Shown in pieces: positions 53,450-64,000 of a stretch of 64,000 bases of DNA. The position numbers and the translations under genes were made by a program. How positions within the stretch are numbered: position 1 is the stretch's first letter; each line of letters opens with the position of its first letter. The DNA lies in assembly GCF_006345805.1 (NCBI RefSeq), contig NC_043023.1, positions 2,294,001-2,358,000 of the forward strand. The letters run 5' to 3'. The notes below the pieces were generated by a model. It did no database searches. It had not been told where the DNA came from and worked only from the letters and a program-made list of their open reading frames with translations. Source of the DNA: Octopus sinensis. Lineage: Eukaryota.

Positions 53450-53453
53450 TTAC

Positions 53454-53510
<57 letters not shown>

Positions 53511-53929
53511 CATCATCATCATCGTCATCGTCATCGTCATCATCATCGTCATCATCATCATCATTATTATCATTGTTATTATTATTATTATTATTATTGT
53601 TGCTGTTGTTGTTGTTGTTATTGCTATTGCTGTTATCATTATTATTATTGTTATTATTATTATTGTTATTATTACTGTTGTTGTTATTGCTATCACTATT
53701 ATAATTTTTGTTGGTGTTGTTGCTTCGTTTACCATCATCATCATCATCCTCATTATTGTTGTTAATATCTTTATAATAATAATAATAATAATAACAATAA
53801 TAATAATGATGATGATAATAATAGTTATTATTATTATATAACTATTATCATCATTATTATATAACTATATTATTATTGTTATTATTATCATCATCATCAT
53901 TATTATTATTATTATTATTATACTATTAC

Positions 53930-53969
<40 letters not shown>

Positions 53970-54336
53970 TAGGTGGCAAGGTGGCAGAATTGTTAGCACT
54001 CCAGGTGAAATACTTACAAGTATTTCATGTGCCGCTATGTTCTGAGTTCAAATTCCACCGAGGTCGGCTTTGCTTTTCATCCTTTTAGAGTCAATGAATT
54101 AAGTACCAGTCAAGTTTTGGGGTCGATGTAATCAACTATCACCCTCCCTACAAAATCCAGGCCTTGTGCCTTTAGTAGAAAAGAATTATTGCTATTATTA
54201 TTATTATTGTTGTTGTTGTTGTTGTTGTTGTTATTATTTTATTATCATTATTGAAACCCCCAACACTTTATGTCTGTCTTCTTATTGTCTCCCTCATCCT
54301 TTGCCCTTGTGGCAAATAAATGAAATCATAATAATA

Positions 54337-54369
<33 letters not shown>

Positions 54370-54417
54370 GTTGTTGTTGTTATTATTATATAATAATCAT
54401 TCTTATTATTTTAAAAA

Positions 54418-54451
<34 letters not shown>

Positions 54452-54520
54452 GTTGTTATTATTATTATATAATAATCATTCTTATTATTTTTTAAATTAT
54501 TATTTTTATTTTTATTATTT
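53450..54520. repeat. (ATT/ATC/GTT)n field with a SINE B copy at 53970-54185
   Basis: Visible directly; consensus match for the SINE. Confidence 0.88.
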
Positions 54521-55290
54521 ATATCTGCCCTATAAGAAAAATGAAAAAAATCGTTACAAACCTTTTCTTAATTAACCTTAAAAGTTTACCTTCGTTTCAC
54601 AATATAAAACTCCACAACCCACACCTTAATTAAATTTCCACCTCATTCCATTTTTTTTCTCTTTTTTCTGCATTTTTCTCTATCAGCAAAATTCCTTACT
54701 TTATGCTTTCTTTAAATTCCAAAACACAAATATTTATCCATTCGTTATCTCACATACATATGTTCCTATCATTAATTTTTATTATTCAACCCTTTAATCA
54801 TACTTAATTTAATTACAAAATACGTTTACCTCCGAGTTATCTTCATATATTCTCTGTTCACTTTTATTTCCTTTCATCTCTTACAATTTTCAGTTTTCGC
54901 TTATTTCTTAACATTTTTCCGAATTTTGCCCTAATTTTTTACACCTTTTTATATCGATTTATTTTGTTGTTTTTTTCACCTGTGATTAACTCTGAACCCA
55001 TTTTTATCTACCCTTGAGCTTCTATTAGCATCTTTATGTGTTTTTCTGAAGTTAGTTCCAAAGTTTTTTTTTACAAGCAGTAACCCAGATATCTGTTTGT
55101 GATTTCTCGGCATTTTCTGAAATTTATGTAACATTTTTTTACGTAATAATATTTCCATAGATGATATTTTCTTTGGTGAGTGTGTGTATGTGTGTCTTTA
55201 TGTGTGTGTGTGTGTGTGTGTGTATTTATGTTTCTCTCTCTTTGCTTTCCTGTGTTCCTGTATCGTATTGAATACATCATTTTGTGTGCA

Positions 55291-55354
<64 letters not shown>

Positions 55355-56109
55355 TGCATATATGAATATAAATAATTATATGTGTTTTTTTAATATATAC
55401 ATATATATGTATGGATGTATGTATGTATATAAATATGCATATATGAATATGAATATTTATATGTATGTTTTTTAATATATACATGTATATGTATGTATGT
55501 TTATGTATAGATATATGTATGCAGATATATATGTATACATATGTATATAAATGTGTGTGTATATGAATATATGTATGTATATATACATATGTATAATACG
55601 CATGTATGTATAAATATATATATGTGCAGGTATATGAATATATGTGTGTGTATAGCTAGCTAGCTAGAGAGATATAGATATATATATCAATGCATATTTG
55701 TATACATGTATGTGTGTACATGTATATAAATCTGTATATATGTATATATATGTATATACATACACATACATACATACATACATACATACATACATACATA
55801 CATACACATATATATATATATACATACATACATGCACATAGACCTACCCATGTATGCATGGAAGATGGATGTTAAATGATGATAATACATACATACATAT
55901 GTATGAATGTGTTAGTGTGTGTATATATATACACACACACATATATATATATATATACATACACATGTTTGTGTGTTTGTGTGTATATATATATAAAGAA
56001 AAAGATATATATATATTTATATATATATATAAGTATACTTTTGCAAGTATATGTGTGTATGTATATATATCAGTGGTGTATAGTGGTTGTTGTATTATGT
56101 ATACATACA

Positions 56110-56158
<49 letters not shown>

Positions 56159-56657
56159 GCCACCGAGTTTGGAGCAGAGGTATAACAAAAATTATCCATT
56201 AAGATTTGTGATTAAATTAATGAGTAAGGCTAATATTTATAATGAATTTGCCATTTTCGATGGGTGTGCAGCGCACACCTAGCACACCCACAATATACAC
56301 TCCTGATATATGTGTGTGTGTATACACACATATATATATACTAGCCGAAAAGCCGCCCTACCAGGTGACTTTTCAGCTAGCTCCTGTGGAGGGCTCTTCA
56401 TTGGGTCTTGAGCCAAACAATGACACTTCATGCATTGAGGACGTGTCAAATTTTATTAAACTTGAACAACATTTTTCAAGCAATGAACAATTTTCATCAA
56501 AAAAAGGATATAATATGTTGACTTGGAACTTATTGCAAAGCTGCATGGGAAACATTTTTTTGTCTTTCCATTCGGGGGTCAGTTTGATTTTTTTTTCTGT
56601 CTAACCCCTTTCTTTCTCCCTCTCTCTTTCTGTTGATTGTTTTCAACCATCACTAAT

Positions 56658-57077
56658 ACCTATTTCTTTACTACCCACAAGGGGCTAAATACAGAGAGGA
56701 CAAACAAGGAGAGACAAAGGGATTAAGTCGATTACATTGACCCCCGTGCATAACTGGTACTTATTTAATCGACCCCAAAAGAATGAAAGGCAAAGTCAAC
56801 CTTGGTGAAATTTGTACTCAGAACATAGCAGCAGATGAAATACCTATATCTTTACTACCCACAAGGGGCTAAACACAGAGAGGACAAACAAGGAGAGACA
56901 AAGGGATTAAGTCCATTATATCGACCCCAGTGCATAATTGGTACTTATTTAATCGACCCCAAAAGGATGAAAGGAGAAGTCGGCCTCGGTGGAATTTGAA
57001 CTCAGAACGTAGTGGCAGACGAAATACCGCTAAGTATTTTGCCCAGCGTGCTAATGTTTCTGCCAGCTCGCTGCCTT
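56658..57077 (-). mobile_element. SINE family B dimer
   Basis: One head, two bodies. Confidence 0.85.
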
Positions 57078-57990
57078 ACATCCATCACCAATACCACCAC
57101 CATCTCCACCACAACTGTCATACGCACACCATTCAGACTTCTGATGCCACGACCATCAACACCTTTGACTTCGCCACCTTCCCCTCCACCACCACCTCCA
57201 CTGTCTTTCACATCCCTTACTATCACTGTCATGCTTGACTGCCTCAGCCACCACCACCACCACCACCACCACCATCATCGTCGTCACCTCCTCCTCTATC
57301 ACATCTACAGTTCATACTATTACTATCGCCCCATTACTATTTCAACTGCCCTCACTGTCTCTATGCTTACTACTACTCTCACCCCATCAAGAAGAGTAGA
57401 AGAAGTGTCATTAAATAGTGAGAGATGGGGTCAAAGTGTGACACACTGACACACAGAAATTCGTTTTGGCATTTATCATTATAGATCTATATATATGTTA
57501 TTTCCCACTTGCTTACCCCTAGAAAATGACTAATATTTCCTTCAAACTTTGCTTTCACTACAATATTTATTCAAACCCCAAAGAATCCTTCTCAACACAT
57601 GGCTATGATCCTCCCTCACTGCTCCTGTTCATCATCAGAGATGCACATATCGTCAGCCACTAAGGGACATAATCAACTGGTTAAGGTCAAACAACTGACA
57701 AGCAAATCTGTGGAACTGAGCAGAATATTTGCTATAATGATATTTCTGCCTCAGCAACTCAGCTGTGAATTTGTGTGAAATGTAATGGAAAATAGGTCAG
57801 TTTCAAACCATTGATGTCCAGGTGACAAAAGCAAAGTTTGAAGGGGATAGTAGTCACTTCCTTCAATTTCTAGATTGAAGCAAATAGGAAATAACACTTA
57901 CTAAGACAAAAAAAAGGAAAAAAATTTGTTGGACAGTGTGATTGAGAAAGAAAATGGCAGACGGTCACAAGAGATTAGATAGACATTTAA

Positions 57991-58743
57991 TCCTTTCATT
58001 ACCAACTTGGCTGAAACCGGCTCTGGCTCTGAGTACAAATGTCTTATTTTCCTAAGTTTTGAATTGAAATCTTCCACCAAACCTTAGTCACAATTTATGT
58101 TCCTAACACCAGCTTAATGATAACTAAGTTATTTTACTAAATTTTTTGTTATATTTAAAGTAATAGAAAGAAACACAGAGCATCTCAAAATAAATACAGT
58201 AACGAAAAGGTTAAAATATAAAATAGAGAAACACGGCTGAAACTGCCTCTGGCTCTGTTGTACAAATGTCTTGTTTTCATGAATTTTAAATTAAAATCTT
58301 CCACCAAACCTTAGTCACAATTTATGTTCCTAACACTAGCTGGATGATAACTAAGTTATTTTACTAAATTCCTTGTTATATTTAAAGTAATTGAAAGAAA
58401 CACAGAGCATCTCAACAGAAATATGATAACGAAAAGGGTTCAAGACAGTCAGTCAAATGTGTCTTCAATTTGCACAAGATTTGGCTGCTATTTCTAACAA
58501 GTGAAACAAAATCTGCAAATTTACTCTTTTGATACCAACCCAGATGAAACCGGCTCTGGCTCTGAGTACAAATGTCTTGTTTTCAAAAGTTTTGAATTAA
58601 AATCTTCCACCAAACCTTAGTCGCAATTTATGTTCCTAACACTAGCTGAATGATAACTAAGTTATTTTACTAAATTCTTTGTTATATTTAAAGTAATTAA
58701 AAGAAATACAGAGCGTCTCAACAGAAATACAGTAACGAAAGGG
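57991..58743. mobile_element. Three clustered copies of the piggyBac-type MITE
   Basis: 57991-58210, 58232-58438 and 58521-58743 match 25884-26104; TTAA at the outer ends. Confidence 0.82.
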
Positions 58744-59449
58744 TTAAGATTATGTGTCATAAAAATTTACTCTACTTATGGGCATAGTGGAGTAGATAAA
58801 GATGTTGGTTAATGCAATGCAGTCACTTAGATGTTCTGAGTTCAATTCCAGGTGAGGCACTAAGGTAATTCACAAAAAATCATCTGAAATAAAATGTCAA
58901 ACATAGAGAAGAGTATGAGAACCATATACCACTATGGATTAATTAAAGGGTTGGGCTTGAAATTCTAATACAACAGTGGAGGTCAACATGAGACCCCTGA
59001 AAATGGCTGGAGCATATAACAGCTGAAATGTATTGAAAGACAACTAGGAAGATGAGGACAGCAGTCTGACTAATATAAAAACGAGGATACATGATATAAA
59101 TTCCTCATCTCAGAAATATGGAATTGTGTTATCCAATTGGTAAAGGAGCTGACTTGAGACATTAATGGTGACAGACAGACAGAAACTACATCTGAAACTA
59201 GTTCAGAACAGAAGCGAAGAATGTCATGAAACTCAGGGAGCAGAATGAGAATAGTGTACCCCCCAATGGAGCAAATAAAGGGTTAGGTTTGTACTTCTAA
59301 TACAACAATTGAGTTCAGTACAAGGCACCTGAAGATGGCTGGAGTGTACAACAACCGAAATGTAGTGAAAAGCTATAATTAAGATGTGGACATCAATCTA
59401 TCTGATATAAACAGTAGACATAATATGAATTCTTTATCTCAAAAATATA

Positions 59450-60016
59450 TTGGGTTGTCCGGAAAGTTCGTGCTGATTCATAGTAGCTTACTTTTCGACT
59501 CATTTTTGAACATGGTTGAGTCCATAAAATAGGATTTGACTACACCTCCATTTAGAGCACAGTTTAAGCTATCTTTTCATGGAAGAAGGTTTATGTTCCT
59601 ATAACCTGTGTTAATTCTGTAACCCTTCAAAATGGAAGATAAGAAAGTTCATTTTATGCACCTGATGCTTTGGGAACCAGACAAAAATTGCTGCAGCTCG
59701 GCTGGGATGTGTTACCCCACCCTCCATATTCACCAGATATTGCTCCTTCGGATTTCCACTTATTCAGGTCTCTGTAGAATAGTCTTAATGGTAAAAATTT
59801 CAATTCCTTGGATGACATAAAAAGATACCTTGATGAATTGTTTGTCATGAAACCACCTCAATTCTGGGAAGAGGGTATTTTCAAGTTAAAGGAAAGATGG
59901 AGATGCATTGTGCAACAAAATGGTTCATATTTGGTTAATTAAAAATGTAATGGCAAGTATTTATTGACCTTTTTCTTTCCTTTTAAAAATTGGCACAAAC
60001 TTTCCAGACAACCCAA
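59450..60016 (+). mobile_element. Internally deleted mariner transposon
   Basis: TIRs ttgggttgtccggaaagttcgtgc / gcacaaactttccagacaacccaa, TA at left; MEDKKVHF joined to TRQKLLQLGWDVLPHPPYSPDIAPSDFHLFRSL. Confidence 0.9.
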
Positions 60017-60898
60017 GAGAATTATTATATCCAATTAGTAGAAGGCCAACATAAGACATCAATGGTGATAGACAGAAATGACATCTGAAATTAGCTTGCA
60101 ACTGAAACAAGAAAATATCATGAAATGCAAAGGGGTGAAATGAGAAAAATGTAACCCCCTGGATTAAATAAAGGGTTAGGTTTGGAATTCTGATACAACA
60201 ACTGGGTTCAACAGAAGGCACCTGAAGAAGGCTGGAGCATAGAACAATTGAAATGTAGTGAAAAGCAAACAATGAATATGAGGACAGCAGTGTGACTAAT
60301 AGAAAAACCAGGAGACATGACATAAATTCCTCATCTCAGAAATATGGAATTGGCATTATCGTCCAATTGGTAAAGGAGCTGACTTGAGACATCAATGGTG
60401 ACACACAGACAGAAACTACATCTGAAACTAGCTTGCAACTGAACAAAGAATGTTACGAAATGCAGGGAGAGAAATGAGAACAGTGTACCCCTAAGGATCA
60501 AATAAAGGGTTAGGTTTGTAATTTCTGATGCAACAACCAAGTTTGACTTGAGACACCTGAAGATGGCTGGAGTGTACAACAGCTGAAATGTGGTGTAAAG
60601 CAATAATCAAAATGTGAACAGCAGTCTGACAAATAAACTGTGCGAAATATGAATTCCTCATCTCAAAAATATAGAATTGTAATATCATCCAATTGGTGTA
60701 GAGGTGACTTGAGACATCAATGGTGAGAGAAAAAGCAACTACATCTGAAATGCTCAGAAGTGAAACAAAGAATGTCACAAAATGCACAGAGAGAAATGAT
60801 AATAGTGTACACCTTGCCCACCCACCCATGGATCAAATGAAGGGTTAGGTTTGTAATTCTGATAAAACAACCAAGTTTGACTTAAGATACTTGAAGAA

Positions 60899-61387
60899 GG
60901 CATAGGAGTGGCTGTGTGGTAAGTAGCCTGCTTACGAACCACATGGTTCCGGGTTCAGTCCCACTGTGTGGCACCTTGGGCAAGTGTCTTCTACTATAGC
61001 CTCGGGATGACCAAAGACAGAAACTGAAAGAAGCCCATTGTATATATGTGTATGTATATATATGTGTGTGTGTGTGTTTATGTGTTTGTCCCCACCCATC
61101 ATCACTTGACAACTGATGCTGGTGTGTTTATGTCCTTGTAACTTAGCGGTTTGGCAAAAGAGTCCGATAGAATAAGTACTAGGCTTACAAAGAATACATC
61201 CTGGGGTCGATTTGCTCAACTAAAGGCAGTGCTCTGGCACGGCCTTAGTCAAAATGACTGAAACAAGTAAAAGAGAAAAGAGAAAAGAGACCGATAGAAT
61301 AAGTACTGGGCTTACAAAGGATAAGTCCTGGGGTTGATTTGTTCAACTAAAGGCGGTGCTCCAGCATGGCCGCAGTCAAATGACTGA
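60899..61387 (+). mobile_element. SINE family A with duplicated 3' tail
   Basis: Consensus match; tail repeated at ~61287-61387. Confidence 0.85.
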
Positions 61388-61477
61388 AACAAGTAAAAGA
61401 GTAAAAGGCTGGAATGTACAACAATGTAGAATTGAATTAGAGGAGGAAACAGTCTGAAAATGACCAATCAGTTTGCA

Positions 61478-61843
61478 TTATTACCTCCGCCTTCCTGAAG
61501 GCAGAGGTATTATTTTCAGTTATATTTGTTTGTTTGTTAGTCCTTGGACAAGGTATCTCAAGAACCGCAGGATGGATTCAGATGAAACTTTCAGGGATGT
61601 TTGGCCTCATGACTGGCACAAACTGGTTAGATTTTGGGATCGATCTGATACCAGATAAGGATTCTGGATTATTTTTCCCGTTTTTTTTTACTTAATTTTT
61701 GAGAGCTGTCGGGTTCATTTTTAGTATTGTTGTTTATGAGAGCAGTTGAGTTTATTTCAGATATTCTCATTCTAAAAATCATATCTGGTTAAATGTTGAG
61801 AGGCGTTGGTGGAGGTTTGCGCTCTCTGAGTGCTCTTGTTATA

Positions 61844-61886
<43 letters not shown>

Positions 61887-62251
61887 TCTGTCTTAGCGAA
61901 GGAGGAGGTATTTGTTTTCAGTCATGTTTGTTTGTCCATGGATAAGATATCTCAAGAACTGCTGGATGGATTCAGATGAAACTTTCAGGGATATTTGGCC
62001 TTGTGACTAGCACAAACTGATTAGATTTTGGGATCGATCTGGAAAAGGACAAGGCTTCCAGATTATTTTACCATTTATTTTATTTTTACTTAATTTCTTG
62101 AGAGCAGTCGGGTTCATTTTTATTATTCTCATTTGTGAGAGCAGTTGAGTTTATTTCAGATATTCTCATTTTAAAAATCATCTCTGGTTAATCATTGAGA
62201 GGACATTGGTGTTGCCTTGACAGAGATTTGCACTCTCTGAGTGTTCTTGTT
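61478..62251 (+). mobile_element. Two tandem Helentron-associated (HINE/DINE-1-like) elements
   Basis: ttattacctccgcc..ggcagagg 5' hairpin, (GTTT)n, 3' ggtggagg sub-TIR plus gcgctctctgagtgc stem-loop; copies at 61478-61840 and 61879-62251. Confidence 0.7.
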
Positions 62252-62836
62252 TTTAATGACAGCAAAAATAGTAGTAATAATGGTGGATGCCAAAGTTGAT
62301 GTGGTGGTAGTCATGTCTGCCTTACTACTTAACAGGTAAATACATTTACGATCCAAAAGTTTATCTCTTATTATAAAAGGCAGATTTTATCTGCCTCCCT
62401 TTGGGAGTTATACAAATCTACAATATAGGATTTCTTCAATTACAATTTACCTAGCATTTTTAAGAGTACAATGCATCGCGTCATGCCAGGTCCAGTTTTT
62501 AAAATTTAAACTCCAATTAAGCAAAATTTACAGAAAACTCACATTCTGGTATGTGTGTCAAATGCTTTTCTTAGTCTGGTTTACACCACACGCAAACGCA
62601 CACACACAGTGGGCAACGAATAAAGTGAAACTAGATGTAATATTTGTTTCTCTCTATCACGCTGATAGATACATGAGTAAAATGTATGGGAAGCTAACAC
62701 ATAAGTGTGAGTGAAAATGTTCTTGGAAGAGAGTAAATAGCCAGAGATAGTGATTTGAGGAAGACTTACATTAAATAACCGTAGTGGCTTGTGTTAGTAA
62801 TAAAGTAAACATACACTCATACATACATACATACAT

Positions 62837-62867
<31 letters not shown>

Positions 62868-63191
62868 TACATACATACATACATACACACACACATACAT
62901 ACACACATACATACATACATACATATACATACATACATATACATACACACACACACATACACACACACACAGTATTGAAGCTTGAGAACAATCAGATACA
63001 TTTGCAACACATCTGTTGAAAATATTATTGTTCACACACATACATATACATATATACATACAGACAGACAGACAGATAGACACACACACACACACACATG
63101 ATCCAGCATGGCCACAACCTCAAGGCTGAAACATATAAAAGAATAACAGAATATAAATGTGTGCATGTGTGTGAGAGAGAGAGTGTGTGTG

Positions 63192-63223
<32 letters not shown>

Positions 63224-63399
63224 TATATATATAATAATGCGGTTTTTTCAACAGCTTGAACTAAAAGTCAGAGGGGAATGGGATAAACTACTTATATTAA
63301 CTTGCTATAAAAGCAGGTAGTAATTTTATCTTGTCCTTATTCATAGTGCAAGTTTTGAAGAGTGCATTTCGATTTTAACAGCTATTTTTTTCAAAGCTA

Positions 63400-63662
63400 T
63401 ATTGGAACAGCCTAGAAGACGAGCCTCATCCTGAAAGATCTGTAGAACTCGACAAGGACATCCTGAAAACCCTGGTGGAACAAAATCTCATCGTAACTGT
63501 TGAGGAACTAGCAGAGAAGCTTGGATTTGGTCATTCAACCATTCATTGAGACCTGTGTGCTATCGGAAAAGTCAGCAAATTGGGTCAATGGGTTCCTCAC
63601 GAACTTTCCGAGTCTAATTGCATGCAGAGAGTGAATGTATGCTTTTCTTTGCTGTCACATCT
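63400..63662 (+). mobile_element. mariner transposase N-terminal fragment
   Basis: SLEDEPH..LVEQN..TVEELAEKLG..STIH*..GKVSKLGQWVPHELS contains the WVPHEL motif. Confidence 0.8.
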
Positions 63663-63682
63663 CACCACTACTGCGCTATGTA

Positions 63683-64000
63683 TATCTATATATATAAAAC
63701 TGTAGTTGTGTGAGTGTCTGTCCCCTTCGATTTAGATTCCTAACTACTCCCACATTTTGCGGTGCAGTTTAACCAAATTCGGGTATCTTATAGTCGTGAT
63801 TCATATTGAGCCCGTCTGAGTATTAGCGTGCGTCTACGATGAGTCTACGATTTTAAAAATAATTTAACATCATTTTTTATTCCATTTTAATGCATAATTT
63901 TTCGTGTGTCGATGGCGGCGGAGTTGGCGTCCACGCTCACACCTGCACCTGTGGGGAAGAGAGTGTAAGGAAATCAACGTCGTAATGCGTTGTCAAGGAG
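63683..64000 (+). mobile_element. Probable Helitron 5' portion
   Basis: A|TCtatatatataaaactgtagttgtgtg start resembles the 5' end of the 16979-17371 element; runs off the window. Confidence 0.4.

Larger units (their letters stand above)
58920..61410 (+). repeat. ~333-bp tandem array, one minimal hammerhead-like motif per unit (retrozyme-like), interrupted by mariner and SINE A
   Basis: Anchor aaagggttRgg at 58945, 59277, 60170, 60504 and ~60839; HHR cores at 58997, 59329, 60222, 60557 and 60891. Confidence 0.75.

Overview
AT-rich, repeat-saturated eukaryotic intergenic or intronic DNA. The SINE repertoire and microsatellite load suggest an octopus or other coleoid cephalopod; this is an inference, not verified. 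I find no convincing host protein-coding exon, and almost all ORFs in the track are microsatellite or satellite artefacts. The window contains: dozens of copies of three tRNA-headed SINE families (A, B, D) and a retroposon-like family (C); one 5'-truncated Penelope-like element (RT thumb plus GIY-YIG, 31.6-33.5 kb) and several Penelope-type termini embedded in (TA)n; RTE-LINE, mariner, piggyBac-MITE, Helitron and Helentron/HINE fragments; and a 3.75-kb satellite of 33-bp units built from the A-box head of a SINE. The most notable signal is a high density of type I hammerhead-ribozyme (HHR)-like motifs. These include a ~333-bp-period tandem array with one minimal HHR per unit (58.9-61.4 kb, retrozyme-like), a near-perfect palindrome carrying back-to-back HHRs (8.8 kb), and HHR-bearing fold-back elements. 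All folds were made by eye and activity is untested.
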